In this document: piece after piece, positions 46,436 to 56,796 of the stretch
Layout of the letters: the number at the start of each line of letters is the position of its first letter
Numbering within the stretch: the first letter of the stretch is position 1
Source of the DNA: an uncultured Actinomycetes bacterium
GTDB taxonomy: Bacteria > Actinomycetota > Thermoleophilia > UBA2241
Direction of reading: 5' to 3'
Assembly: GCA_963767005.1 (NCBI GenBank)
Contig: CAVYCN010000003.1
Location: 224,001 to 288,000 of the forward strand
DNA length: 64,000 bases
The notes under the pieces: generated by a model
Database searches by the model: none
What the model was told of the DNA's origin: nothing
What the model saw: the letters and a program-made list of their open reading frames with translations, nothing else
Program-made: the position numbers and the translations under genes

Positions 46436-47488
46436 ATGAGAATCGCCCAGATCGCCCCACCCTGGATCACCGTACCGCCGGCCGGCTACGGCGGCACCGA
46501 GTGGGTGGTCAAGCACCTCTGCGACGGCCTCACGGCGGCCGGCCACGAGGTCCACCTGTTCGCCACCGGCGACTCGCGCACGCCGGCGATCCTCCATGCC
46601 TACTACCCGCGGCAGCTACCCGATGTCATGGCCCTGCCGGGCGCCATGTCGTCCTACGAAGCACGCCACGTGGTCGACGCGGTCGCGACCATCCGCGCCG
46701 ACGGCGGCTTCGACGTCGTCCACGACCACTCCGGCTTCCAGCTCGTCGCCTACGCCCGCTTCCTCGGGCTGCCGCCCCTGCTGCACACCATCCACTGCGC
46801 GTTCGACACCCACGCCCTGCCCTTCTACGAGCAGTTCGCGCACACCGCCTCGTACGCCACCATCAGCGACTTCCAGCGCTCCCAGGGGCCGGCCGAGCTG
46901 AACTGGGCCGGCACTGTCTACAACGCCCTGCCGGTCGACGACTGGCCGTTTCGCACCGACAAGGACGGCTACCTGCTCGCCTTCGGCCGCGTGAGCGAGG
47001 CCAAGGGCTTCCACCTGGCCATCGAGATCGCCCGCCGCAGCGGGCGCCGGCTGATCATGGCCGGGGTCGTGCAGGACTGGTACCGGGACTACTTCCGCGA
47101 GCGGATCGAGCCCGAGATCGACGGCGACCAGATCGTGTTCGAAGACGAGGTCACCGACGCGCGCAAGCGCGAGCTGTTCGCCGGCGCCGACGCCTTCATC
47201 TTCCCCATCCTGTGGCCCGAGCCGTTCGGCCTCGTGATGGTCGAAGCTATGGCGTCGGGCACGCCGGTCATCGCCCTGCGCAACGGCTCGGTGTCCGAGG
47301 TCGTCGACGATGGTGTCACCGGCTTCGTCTGCGACGACGTCGACGGGATGCTGGCGGCGCTCGACCGGCTGGCCGAGGTCGACCCCCTCGTCTGCCGCCG
47401 GGCGGTCGAGGAGCGCTTCAGCGTGGCGGCCATGACGGCCGGCTACGAGGCGCTCTACAGCCGCCTCGCCGAGGGCGCCACGGCCTGA
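46436..47488 (+). CDS. Glycosyltransferase family 4
   Basis: PPAGYGGTE, KG, WPEPFGLVMVEAMASGTPV. Confidence 0.9.
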   Translation: MRIAQIAPPWITVPPAGYGGTEWVVKHLCDGLTAAGHEVHLFATGDSRTPAILHAYYPRQLPDVMALPGAMSSYEARHVVDAVATIRADGGFDVVHDHSGFQLVAYARFLGLPPLLHTIHCAFDTHALPFYEQFAHTASYATISDFQRSQGPAELNWAGTVYNALPVDDWPFRTDKDGYLLAFGRVSEAKGFHLAIEIARRSGRRLIMAGVVQDWYRDYFRERIEPEIDGDQIVFEDEVTDARKRELFAGADAFIFPILWPEPFGLVMVEAMASGTPVIALRNGSVSEVVDDGVTGFVCDDVDGMLAALDRLAEVDPLVCRRAVEERFSVAAMTAGYEALYSRLAEGATA

Positions 47489-47489
47489 C

Positions 47490-48977
47490 CTATCGCCCCT
47501 CGGCCGCAAGCGCCCGCTTGCGGTCGATGTCGCGCCACTGCGCCGTCACCCACTTCTCGACGCTGTTGCGCAGCACGACCTCGCGAATCGCCCCGGCACG
47601 CGCCGCGCGCTCGTCGCGCGGCATCGTCAGGGCTCGGTAGATGGCCTGCGCCTGCTCCTCGATGTCGAACGGGTTCACGGCCACCGCCAGCGTGCCGATC
47701 TCCTCGAAGGCGCCGGTGTTCTCGGACAGGATCAGCACGCCGTCGATCGTGTTGACGAGGGCGCCCTCCTTGGCCACCAGGTTCATGCCGTCGAAGATGG
47801 CGTTCACCATGAGCGCGTCGTAGTGGCGGTAGGCGGCCAGCGACGCCGGAAAATCGTCCTCGATGCGCACGTCGATCGGCATCCAGTCGGTGTTGCCGTG
47901 GCGCGTGTTGATCTCGGCGACGAGCTGCATGACGCGCTCGCGGTAGGCGACGTACTCCTCGACGTCCTCACGCGACGGCTGCAGGTGGGCGAGGAACGTG
48001 ACGTGGTCCTTGAACTCGGGGTGCAGCTCGAGGAACCGGTCGAAGGCAAGAAAGCCGCGCAGGATGTTCTTGGACAGGTCGAGACGGTCGACGCGCACGA
48101 TCAGATGCTCGCGGCGGCGCTCGAGCAGCTCGCGCTCGGCGCGCGCCACGCGTGGCGAGGCCACGGCGCTCTCGAGCACGTCGGGGTCGATCGAGACCGG
48201 GTAGGCGCGCACCCAGGTGGAGTGGCCGCCGCTCAGCACCGCCCGCTCGTCCTCGTCGATGCGCGCGTCGAGCACGTCGCGGCAGCCCTGCAGGAAGTTG
48301 TCGACGTAGTGTTGCGTGTGGAAGGCCACCACGTCGTTGGCGAGCAGGCTGCGGAAGATCTGCTCGCGGATGTCGCGCGGCAGCACGCGCCAGTAGTCGG
48401 ACTGCGCCCAGGGGATGTGCACGAACTGCTGCAGGAACACCCGGGGGGCGCCGGCCCGCACGACCGGCGAGACGGTGTACAGGTGGTAGTCGTGGACGAT
48501 CACGATGCGGTCCTCGCCGTCGTCGCCGAGCTCGTCGAGGATCGCCTCGCCGAACAGCCGGTTCACCGGCACGTATCCCTCATACCAGGCGTCGAGCTCG
48601 TTCTGCCTGATGTCGGGGTGGCGGGCGAGGTCCCAGAGGTAGTGCTGGATGAACCACAGCATGGGGTTTGCGGCGATGTTGTAGAAGCGGCCGTAGGCCT
48701 CGCGCTCGGGAGCCACGTAGCGCACCTGGAAGGTCTCGCCGTCGAGCTCGACCCGCACCGACGTCGCGGCGGCGGCGATCTCCTCTTCCTCGGGGCTCGC
48801 CGCCGCCGCGATCCACACACCGGGGTGGCGCCGCAGCATGGCGCTGAGCACGGTGACGAGGCCGCCGGCGCCGCGCTTGACCACGGGCTCGCCGGCGGCG
48901 TCGCTGTGGAACGACACGGGGCCGCGGTTGGCGGCCACGATCAGGTTGGAGCGCTGGGGCGTGTACGCGCTGTCCAA
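47490..48977 (-). CDS. otsA: Trehalose-6-phosphate synthase (GT20)
   Basis: ANRGP, GGLV, HDYHL, HIPW, DRLDLSKN, DGMNLVAKE, LSE.TGA. Confidence 0.88.
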   Translation of the reverse strand: MDSAYTPQRSNLIVAANRGPVSFHSDAAGEPVVKRGAGGLVTVLSAMLRRHPGVWIAAAASPEEEEIAAAATSVRVELDGETFQVRYVAPEREAYGRFYNIAANPMLWFIQHYLWDLARHPDIRQNELDAWYEGYVPVNRLFGEAILDELGDDGEDRIVIVHDYHLYTVSPVVRAGAPRVFLQQFVHIPWAQSDYWRVLPRDIREQIFRSLLANDVVAFHTQHYVDNFLQGCRDVLDARIDEDERAVLSGGHSTWVRAYPVSIDPDVLESAVASPRVARAERELLERRREHLIVRVDRLDLSKNILRGFLAFDRFLELHPEFKDHVTFLAHLQPSREDVEEYVAYRERVMQLVAEINTRHGNTDWMPIDVRIEDDFPASLAAYRHYDALMVNAIFDGMNLVAKEGALVNTIDGVLILSENTGAFEEIGTLAVAVNPFDIEEQAQAIYRALTMPRDERAARAGAIREVVLRNSVEKWVTAQWRDIDRKRALAAEGR

Positions 48978-49037
48978 GACCCTCCCCCCTTTCGGGCGCG
49001 GCGACGACGCCTGCCGCGCGCTCCTACGTCCGTCGAC

Positions 49038-49075
49038 CGACTTCGTCGTCGCCGCTCAGGCTTGTGTGACTTCGT
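49038..49075. repeat. Dispersed 38-bp intergenic element, copy 2 (inverted)
   Basis: Reverse complement ACGAAGTCA-CACAAGC-CTGAGCG-GC-GACGACGAAGTCG matches 155-192. Confidence 0.6.
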
Positions 49076-49082
49076 CGCACGC

Positions 49083-50327
49083 CTAGTCGCCGTCGAGGAG
49101 ATCGTTGAAGATGCGCAGGTCGTCGCGCAGCAGACGCGGCGTGAGGAAGTGCCGCCGCACGTGCTCCTTGCCGCGCCGCGCCATGGCCTGGGCCCAGTCG
49201 GGTCGCTCGAGGATCTCGAGACAGCGTTCGGCGCAGGTCGCGCTCGAGTCGACGAGGAAGCCCGTGACTCCGTCCTCGATCTGCAGCGGGATGCCGCCGA
49301 CCGCCCCGGCGACGACCGGCCGCGCCTTCCAGAGGCCCTCGCTCACGGTCAGGCCGAACCCCTCGCGGGTCGACTTCTGCAGGACGACGGCGGCGTGCGA
49401 CTGGAACGCGTTCACCTCGACGCTGCCGATATTGTCGAGGTTGGACAGGACGAACACGTCGGGGTCGCCGCCCACGTAGGCGTGGAGCTTCTCGAGGTAC
49501 TCCCAGCCCTCGGGGTCGTCCGACGCCATCGAGCCGATCAGGGCGAGCTGCACCTCGGGCCGGTACGCCTTGACCTGGCGGTAGGCGTCGACCACGCCGA
49601 GCGGGTCCTTCCAGGGGTCGAAGCGCGAGACCTGCAGGAGCAGGGGCCGTTCGACGTCGATGCCGAACTGCCGCACGATGTAGTGGGCGTCGTCGGGCAC
49701 GAGGGTCATGTTCTTGGGCGCGAGCGGATCGATCGCCGGCGGCACCACCTCGAGCGGCACGCCGAGGCTCTCGGGCGCGTAGCTCGCCATGGTGTAGACG
49801 GCACGGTCGTAGCGCCTGATGAAGGGCAGCAGGTAGTCGTAGAGCTCCGCGTCGGGCGTCGAGGTGTCGATGTGGCAGCGCCACAGCCAGCGCGTGGGGC
49901 CCTCGCCGCCGTCGGCCACCCAGGTGCGCATGGCGCAGGGCTGGGGGTCGTGGATGACGACGAAGTCGTAGTGGCGCGAAAGCTGGGCCGCGTTGCGCCG
50001 GTTCACCTCTTCGTAGAGCTCCCGCACGTCGGCGGACAGCTCGATCGGCGCGCCCTGGAGACCGTTGTGGAAGCTCTTCGTGACGTTGAAGAACTCGCTG
50101 TCGGCCGTCATGACCTGCCACTCGGCCTCGAGGCCGACGTCGTTCATGAGGGGCAGCAGTGTGTAGAGGATCTCGGCGACGCCGCCGCCGAACGAGGTCG
50201 CGTTGACGTGGAGCACGCGCTTGCCGCGCAGCGGCTCGGCGAGCCGCCGGATCTCGGCCATGAGCTCCTTGTGGACGATGCTCTGGTACTCGGCCAGGTA
50301 CTTGCGGCCAACGTTGACGTCGCGCAC
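49083..50327 (-). CDS. treT: Trehalose synthase TreT-like glycosyltransferase
   Basis: NATSFGGGVAEIL, TKSFHNGLQG, IHDPQP, WRCHID, SRFDPWKDP, EGFGLTVSE. Confidence 0.88.
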   Translation of the reverse strand: MRDVNVGRKYLAEYQSIVHKELMAEIRRLAEPLRGKRVLHVNATSFGGGVAEILYTLLPLMNDVGLEAEWQVMTADSEFFNVTKSFHNGLQGAPIELSADVRELYEEVNRRNAAQLSRHYDFVVIHDPQPCAMRTWVADGGEGPTRWLWRCHIDTSTPDAELYDYLLPFIRRYDRAVYTMASYAPESLGVPLEVVPPAIDPLAPKNMTLVPDDAHYIVRQFGIDVERPLLLQVSRFDPWKDPLGVVDAYRQVKAYRPEVQLALIGSMASDDPEGWEYLEKLHAYVGGDPDVFVLSNLDNIGSVEVNAFQSHAAVVLQKSTREGFGLTVSEGLWKARPVVAGAVGGIPLQIEDGVTGFLVDSSATCAERCLEILERPDWAQAMARRGKEHVRRHFLTPRLLRDDLRIFNDLLDGD

Positions 50328-50516
50328 GGGTCGCCTTTCGCGTAAGACAGGTCCGTAGTACATCACAACTGCGAAGGCGCCGCGCCCGCCGGGCCTTCCG
50401 CCGGGCGCGGGCTCCCCAGTCATACCCAGCGCGACGGCCGCCTGCACGCGGGGCCGCAGGACGGGCGCGCGGCGGGGCGGGTGCGTCAGCGGGGCGGGCG
50501 CGTCGGGCGGGACGTG

Positions 50517-51026
50517 TCAGGCCGGGCGGGCCGGCGCCGCGCGCTCGGTCAGCCCCAGGCGCCGCAGCCGCTGGTGCATGGCGGCGAGGCTCACCTCGAA
50601 GCGGTCGGCCAGGCGGCCCACGTCGAGGCCGTCCTCGAGCACGGCTTGGCGCACGAGCGTCGCGGGCATGAGCAGATCAGCCGCGAACTGGTCGGCCTCG
50701 CGCTCGTACCGCGCGGTGGCCGCGCTCGTCGCGCCGCCGCGCTCCGCCACGGCACGCTCGCCGTGCAGCAGGAAATGGCCGACCTCGTGGGCGATCGTGA
50801 AGCGCTGGCGGCGCTCGTGCGCGGGGCCGCGCAGCTCGATGGCGTGGCCGTCGCCGAGGGGCACGAGGGCGGCCTCGGCGACGAACGGGTCGCGGCGACG
50901 CTCGACGAGAGAGAGGTTGAGGTAGCTGACGACGTCGCGCAGCGACACGGGGGCGCGTGTGACCCGGGCGGCCCGCAACAACCGCTCGGCCTCGGCGCGG
51001 ATGGTCTCGTTCGTGTGGCTCGTCAT
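50517..51026 (-). CDS. ImmA/IrrE family metallo-endopeptidase
   Basis: RQRFTIAHEVGH, EREADQFAADLLMP, FEVS. Confidence 0.85.
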   Translation of the reverse strand: MTSHTNETIRAEAERLLRAARVTRAPVSLRDVVSYLNLSLVERRRDPFVAEAALVPLGDGHAIELRGPAHERRQRFTIAHEVGHFLLHGERAVAERGGATSAATARYEREADQFAADLLMPATLVRQAVLEDGLDVGRLADRFEVSLAAMHQRLRRLGLTERAAPARPA

Positions 51027-51209
51027 GGCATCGCAGCTCGAGGAGGTGCGAGTGGCCCCGCCGACGCGGATCGTCACGAACGCCCCCCTGATCGTCCATG
51101 GTACCAGCGCGGCGTGACCGCGCAACTGCCGGCGGCCGTTGGCGGCGAGCCGGGCGGACCGAACGGTCCGCCCGGCTCGCCGCCCCGATGCTATACTCCT
51201 CGGAAGATC

Positions 51210-52751
51210 ATGGGCCGTCGCCGACAGCCGCTTCCGACTCGCGCGCGCGGGCGCGCCGCGGCGCTGGCGGCGCTGGCCGTGGCCCTCGTCCTCTCTACCC
51301 TCGCCGTGCTGCCCAGCGCCAGCGGCTCGACCGGCGCCGGAGCCTCCGCGAGCGTCGCCGCCGTCGGCGCGCAGACCTACGGTGGCGTCGCCGTCGACGC
51401 CGCCGCCACCGACAACACCGCGACGACCACGGCCGGGGCGCTCCCGGCGGGCCTCGTGGCGACGTCGACCGCCGCCTCGTGCTCGTCGTACGTGGTCGAC
51501 CGCACCCTCGTCTCCAGTGCACAGGCGACGGCGAGCGGCGTCGACCTGCTCGACGGGGTCGTCACCGCCAGCTCGGTCCAGGTGGTCGCCGGCGCCAGCG
51601 TCCTCGACGGCGTCGCCAAGGCGACGACCGACGGCAGCGCCGTGTCCGGCCTGCACGTGGCCGGCGTCGCCGACGCCGACCTGCCGACCCAGGGGCTCGT
51701 CACGGTCCCCGGCGTCGGCACCCTCAAGATCCTCTATCAGAGCAGCGAGGCGAGCGGCGGCGAGGGCAGCGCGAGCGCGATCGGCCTCAGCCTCACGCTC
51801 ACCAGCGCGACCGACGGCGTGCCGGCCGGCACGACCATCGTGGTCGGATCGGTGCGCGCCAGCGCCGACCAGGCCTCGCTCGACGCGCTGCTCGGCACGC
51901 CGAGCCCGACCCCGACGGTCACACCGACGCCGACCCGCAGCGCGACGCCCCACCCGACCCACAGCGCGACGCCGTACCCCACGCCCACCCCGAGCCCGAC
52001 CTGGCCGACGACGACCTACACGCCGATGCCGGCCCCGACGACGCCGTCGGCCGAGATCCTCGCCCGGTTCCCCGGCGCCGTGTTCCCCGTCGCGGGCACG
52101 TACACCTACACCGACACGTTCGGCGCCTACCGCGCCGACATGCCGAACCACCAGCACGAGGGCGACGACATCTTCGCGAGCTACGGCACGCCGGTCGTCG
52201 CCGTCCTCGACGGCACCATCACCGGCCTGTCGACCACCGACATCGGCGGCAACAACATCCACCTCACCGACGCGAGCGGCGACTACTTCTACTACGCGCA
52301 CCTCTCGCGTTTTGCCACCGGGCTCGCGCAGGGCGATCACGTGGTCGCCGGTCAGACGATCGGCTACGTCGGCAACACCGGCGACGCGCGCACGACGTCG
52401 CCCCACCTGCACTTCGAGATCCACCCCGACGGCGGCGCCGCGGTCGACCCCACCCCCTACCTCGACGCCTGGCGGGCGGCCGGCCACGCGGTCGCGACGA
52501 CCGGGCAGGGCAGCCTGACCACCGCCACCCCCAGCGCGACCCCCGCGACGACCGACCCGGCGATCGCCGCCGCGGTGCAGCAGGCGGCCGACGCCTTCGC
52601 CGCCCTGCAGGCGGGCGTCACCGGCGGCTCGCGGCAGACGCCGTCGAGCGGTGGCGGGATGGGTCTGCTGGGCGGCGTCCTCGCGGTCGCGAACGTCGGC
52701 GGCGCACTGCTCCTCAAGCGCCTGCAGCTCGCCGCCGTGTTGCTGCCGTAA
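51210..52751 (+). CDS. Secreted M23 peptidase with N-terminal beta-rich domain and Pro/Thr linker
   Basis: Signal peptide; HEGDD, YYAHL, GNTG, PHLHFE; C-terminal hydrophobic anchor; TGcTATACT upstream. Confidence 0.85.
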   Translation: MGRRRQPLPTRARGRAAALAALAVALVLSTLAVLPSASGSTGAGASASVAAVGAQTYGGVAVDAAATDNTATTTAGALPAGLVATSTAASCSSYVVDRTLVSSAQATASGVDLLDGVVTASSVQVVAGASVLDGVAKATTDGSAVSGLHVAGVADADLPTQGLVTVPGVGTLKILYQSSEASGGEGSASAIGLSLTLTSATDGVPAGTTIVVGSVRASADQASLDALLGTPSPTPTVTPTPTRSATPHPTHSATPYPTPTPSPTWPTTTYTPMPAPTTPSAEILARFPGAVFPVAGTYTYTDTFGAYRADMPNHQHEGDDIFASYGTPVVAVLDGTITGLSTTDIGGNNIHLTDASGDYFYYAHLSRFATGLAQGDHVVAGQTIGYVGNTGDARTTSPHLHFEIHPDGGAAVDPTPYLDAWRAAGHAVATTGQGSLTTATPSATPATTDPAIAAAVQQAADAFAALQAGVTGGSRQTPSSGGGMGLLGGVLAVANVGGALLLKRLQLAAVLLP

Positions 52752-52850
52752 CGCCTCAGGCCTCGACGCGAAACGCGCCTGCCGTGCCTGGCGCACCGGC
52801 CGCCGGGCGGATCGTGGCGCACGACGGCGCGAGCACCGAGATCGGGGGGC

Positions 52851-52926
52851 TGGAGCGGATGACGGGACTCGAACCCGCGGTCTTCAGCTTGGGAAGCTGA
52901 CGCGTTACCAGCTACGCTACATCCGC
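52851..52926 (-). tRNA. tRNA-Gly (anticodon CCC)
   Basis: GCGGATGTAGCGTAGCTGGTAACGCG TCAGC-TTCCCAA-GCTGA AGACC GCGGGTTCGAGTCCCGT CATCCGC TCCA. Confidence 0.95.
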
Positions 52927-53019
52927 ACCGCGGTCAGCATACACCAGGTCGTAAGCGGCGCTCCACGGCGCCGCGCCGTGCCCGTACGGCGCTTCGCACA
53001 CCTGCCGGCAACGCCGACG

Positions 53020-54096
53020 TCAGGGCCGCGGCGTGAAGAAACCGGGCTCGTAGACCTCGCCCAGACGCCGCGCCACGGCGGCGATCAGCCGGGCCGCGGC
53101 CTCGAGGTCGTCGAGGTCGGCGACCTCGTGCGGCGAGTGCATGTAACGCACCGGCATGCCGAGGTTGAGGGCGGCCGTGCCGCCGCCCGCCGTCTGCAGC
53201 CACTCGTTGTCGGTCTGCGTGTCGCCCGGGAACGCCTTGACCTGCAAGGTGATGCCCTCGGCCTCGGCCACGTCGCGCACGAGCTCGAACAGGACGCTGT
53301 TGCTGCCGCCCCCACGACCCAGCGTGGGACCGCCGCCCAGCGCCGCGACGCCGCCGGCCTTGCGCGGCTCGACCTCGGGCTGGTCGGTGGCAAACTCGGC
53401 GTCGACCACGACGAGGCACTCGGGACGCTGCCGGCGCGACTGGACGTGAGCACCCATGAACCGGGTCTCCTCCTGCACGGTGGAGAGCGCGGTCAACGCG
53501 GCGCGGCCCGGTGCGGCGGCGTAGAGCTCGAGAGCCCGGACCACCACGTACACACCGGCGCGATCGTCGAGGGCGCGACCCGCGACGGCGTGCCCGCCGA
53601 GCTCCACGAAGTGCGGATCGAAGACGATCGGGTCGCCACAGGCGACACGCTGCAGGGCGTCGTCGCGGCCGCTCGCGCCGATGTCGATCCAGTGCTCGTT
53701 CACGGCCGCCGCCTTGCCGCGCTCGGCCTCGGGGATCATGTGCGTCGGCCGCTTGCCGATCACGCCCGGCACCGGGCCGCCACGGCCCTCGATCACGACG
53801 GCACGACCGGCGAGCAGCGCCGGATCGACGCCGCCGAGCTTTTCGAAGTAGACGAAACCGCGATCGTCGACCCACGTGGCCTGCAGTCCGATCTGGTCGA
53901 TGTGCGCGGCGATCACGATGCCCGGCACGCCCCCGGGGTTGACGGTCGCGACGACGTTGCCGAGCACGTCGGTCTCGGGCTCGGTCACGCCGGCGACGCG
54001 GCGGCGCACGACTTCCTGCGCCGGCTGCTCGAAGCCGCTCGGGCCGGCAGCCATGACCAGGTCGCGCAGGAACGCGACGTCGGGTTCGGTCTTCAC
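53020..54096 (-). CDS. M42 family aminopeptidase
   Basis: GPSGFE, AHIDQIG, LGGVD, ALDDRAG, TVQEE, RYMHSP.E. Confidence 0.88.
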   Translation of the reverse strand: MKTEPDVAFLRDLVMAAGPSGFEQPAQEVVRRRVAGVTEPETDVLGNVVATVNPGGVPGIVIAAHIDQIGLQATWVDDRGFVYFEKLGGVDPALLAGRAVVIEGRGGPVPGVIGKRPTHMIPEAERGKAAAVNEHWIDIGASGRDDALQRVACGDPIVFDPHFVELGGHAVAGRALDDRAGVYVVVRALELYAAAPGRAALTALSTVQEETRFMGAHVQSRRQRPECLVVVDAEFATDQPEVEPRKAGGVAALGGGPTLGRGGGSNSVLFELVRDVAEAEGITLQVKAFPGDTQTDNEWLQTAGGGTAALNLGMPVRYMHSPHEVADLDDLEAAARLIAAVARRLGEVYEPGFFTPRP

Positions 54097-54443
54097 GGGG
54101 CCTCCTTGTCGTGCCGAAAAGTCATCCTACCAGAGGCCGTGGTGGGCCGTCTCCATCACCGCCGGGGGCGCCCCGGGACGCCGGTGGGCAGCCCGTCGAT
54201 GCAGGCCTTTCTGCTCGGCGTTTGGAATCGCCGAAAGCGCCCACACTAGCCCTGTGGCGACTCATACGGCCGGGTCCACCGGCTGTGTCGTCCAGGCAGT
54301 TGTCGAAATGGATGACCAACGGATTATTGCCGTCGTGCTGGGGCTATGGTAGGTATGTACTGGGTCCTTCGTCCTGCGTTCGCAGGAGCGGTCGCTTGGG
54401 TCCGTCACAACGGCAACAAGTCTTTCCGAAAGGGGGCGGGCGC

Positions 54444-54863
54444 ATGGAACGCATCAGGCCGAAGTGGCTGAAGAGCACGAAGGGTGCTCCGTTCACCGGC
54501 ATCGGCTCACTCGAAGCCGACATCCTCGCGATCATCTGGGAGCGCCAGCGGGCGACGGTGCGCGACGTCTACGAGACGCTGCGCGAGCAGCGCACGATCG
54601 CCTACACGACCGTCATGACGGTCATGAACAACCTGGTGAAGAAGGAGCTCCTGGCCCAGGATCGCACCGCCATCGCCTACGTCTACACACCGGCCATCCC
54701 CGGCAACGAGGTGGCCAGCACCATCCTCGACAGCGTCGTCCAGCGGCTGTTCCGGGGCCGCTCGAACCTCGCCCTGTCGCACCTGCTCGGCCTCGAACGC
54801 GACCTCAACCCCGAGCAGGCCGAGGAGCTGCGCAAGTACGCTCGCGAGCACTTCGTCGCCTGA
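54444..54863 (+). CDS. BlaI/MecI/CopY family regulator
   Basis: GSLEADILAIIWE, TVRDV, IAYTTVMTVMNNLVKK. Confidence 0.9.
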   Translation: MERIRPKWLKSTKGAPFTGIGSLEADILAIIWERQRATVRDVYETLREQRTIAYTTVMTVMNNLVKKELLAQDRTAIAYVYTPAIPGNEVASTILDSVVQRLFRGRSNLALSHLLGLERDLNPEQAEELRKYAREHFVA

Positions 54864-54983
54864 CGCCGCCACCGAGCGGCCGCGGCACGCGTCGGCGGCC
54901 GCGCGCCGGCCCCAGGGGCCGGCGCGCGGCCGCTTTTCGTTCGTGACGTGACACGCGGCGCGAGCGAGCTCGCGCCGCGCCCG

Positions 54984-56783
54984 TCACATGCTCTGCGGCG
55001 CGCTCACTCCGAGCAGCTCGAGGCCCTTGGCGAGCGTCGTGCGGCACACTTCGCACAGCCCCGTGCGGAAGGCGGTCGTAGCGGGGTCGTCGCCGATCAC
55101 GCGGCAGTTGCGGTAGAAGACGTGGAACTCGGCGGCGAGCTCGCCGAGATAGGCGTTCATCCGGTGCGGACCGCGCCGCTCGACCGCCTCGAGCACCACC
55201 ACGGGGAACCTCGCCAGCGCGCGCACCAGGTTGCGCTCGTACGGCCCGACCGCGACGCCGCCGAACGACGGCAGCGTCACCGCCGCTCCGGCGTCGTGGG
55301 CGCCGGCGAGCAAGCCCAGCACCTCGGGCGGGAGGGCCTCGGCATCCTCGAGGTTGCGCAGCACGCTGCAGATGCGGGCGTGGGCGTACTGCACGTAGAA
55401 GACCGGGTTCTTGTTCGACTGCTCGACGGCGAGGTCGAGGTCGAGGTCGAGCGTGGAGTCGTGGCTGCGACCGACCATGAAGAACCGCACGGCATCGACG
55501 CCGATCGCGTCGATCAGGTCGTCGACGGTGACGATGTCGCCGCGGCGCTTGGACATGCGCCGCGCCACGCCGCTCTCCAGCAGGTTGACGAGCTGCCCGA
55601 TGATGAGCTCGAGGCGGTCGGGGTCGTGCGGCGGCAGGGCCGTGAACATGGCCTTCATGCGCGGCACGTAGCCGTGGTGGTCGGCGCCCCAGATGTCGAT
55701 CAGGTGCTCGAAGCCGCGGTCCATCTTGTCGCGGTGATAGGCGATGTCCGACAGAAAGTACGTGGGCGCACCGGTCGTGCGGATGAGCACGCGGTCCTTG
55801 TCGTCGCCGTAGTCGGTGGTGCGCAGCCACACCGCGCCGTCGGCGTCGAACAGCTCGCCGTCGGCATCGAGCTCGCGCAGCGCCTTGCCGACCTCGCCGG
55901 CGAAGCCCCGATGCGGCGTGCCGCCGTCGTACAGCGTGGCCTCGCTCTTCCACACGTCGAACGGCACCCGCAGGCGTTCGAGCGTGGCCCGGAAGTTGTC
56001 GAGGATACGATCGCGGCCCCAGACCCTGATCTCGTCGAGCACCGTGTCCGGCGCCTTCGTGACGTCGGGGGCGACCGCGGCGAGGGGCTCGCGGTAGCGC
56101 TCGCCCACCTCGTCGATCAGGCGGTCTGCCACGTCGAGCACGTAGTCGCCGAGGTAGCCGTCGTCGGGCACCGGCAGCTCGAGCCCCAGGCGCTGGCCGT
56201 AACGCGCCGCGAGCGACTGGCCGAACTTGGCCATCTGCGTGCCGAAGTCGTTCACGTAGAATTCGCGGGTCACGTCGTGGCCGGCGTACGCGAAGAGCCG
56301 GCAGAGGGCGTCGCCCATCGACGCGTAGCGGGCGTGGCCGACGTGCAGCGGGCCCGTCGGGTTGACGCTCACGAACTCGACGTTCACTCGCCGGCGGCTC
56401 GCAGGTGGGAGCACGCCGCGGCCGTGGTCGGCGCCGAGGGCGAGCATACGGCGCGTGGTCGCGCGGTACCACTCGTCGCTCAGGAACAGGTTGAGAAAGC
56501 CGGGACCGGCGACCTCGTAGCGCGTGCACAGCCCGGCGCCGGGACCGGCGCACCAGCGCTCGCCGAGCGCGGCCGCGACGTCACGCGGCCTGGCGCCGGC
56601 CCGCTTGGCGACGGCGAGCGCGACGGGCGTCGAGACGTCGCCGAACTCGGGCTTCGGGGGGATGGTGAGCTCGACGGCCGGCACTTCGCCGACCGCAGGG
56701 GCCACCTCGACGAGGGTGCGCGCGAGCGATCGTCCGAGGCCGGTCAGGCCGTACAGATCCTCGTGCACGTCGCGCTCGCTCAT
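54984..56783 (-). CDS. argS: Arginine--tRNA ligase
   Basis: AGPGFLN, EFVSVNPTGPLHVGHAR, WGADHHGY, MSKRRG, YVQYAHAR. Confidence 0.96.
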   Translation of the reverse strand: MSERDVHEDLYGLTGLGRSLARTLVEVAPAVGEVPAVELTIPPKPEFGDVSTPVALAVAKRAGARPRDVAAALGERWCAGPGAGLCTRYEVAGPGFLNLFLSDEWYRATTRRMLALGADHGRGVLPPASRRRVNVEFVSVNPTGPLHVGHARYASMGDALCRLFAYAGHDVTREFYVNDFGTQMAKFGQSLAARYGQRLGLELPVPDDGYLGDYVLDVADRLIDEVGERYREPLAAVAPDVTKAPDTVLDEIRVWGRDRILDNFRATLERLRVPFDVWKSEATLYDGGTPHRGFAGEVGKALRELDADGELFDADGAVWLRTTDYGDDKDRVLIRTTGAPTYFLSDIAYHRDKMDRGFEHLIDIWGADHHGYVPRMKAMFTALPPHDPDRLELIIGQLVNLLESGVARRMSKRRGDIVTVDDLIDAIGVDAVRFFMVGRSHDSTLDLDLDLAVEQSNKNPVFYVQYAHARICSVLRNLEDAEALPPEVLGLLAGAHDAGAAVTLPSFGGVAVGPYERNLVRALARFPVVVLEAVERRGPHRMNAYLGELAAEFHVFYRNCRVIGDDPATTAFRTGLCEVCRTTLAKGLELLGVSAPQSM

Positions 56784-56796
56784 GTCCGTCCCTCGT

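Noticed and set aside
48977-49085. treT TAG in phase with otsA
   Set aside because: An in-frame TGA occurs nine codons after the TAG, so no fusion is possible.
52760-52850. Integrative element at tRNA-Gly
   Set aside because: No att duplication, integrase or compositional shift.
54444-54863. BlaI without an M56/BlaR partner as a novel system
   Set aside because: Solo BlaI/CopY genes are common and nothing else here supports a system.
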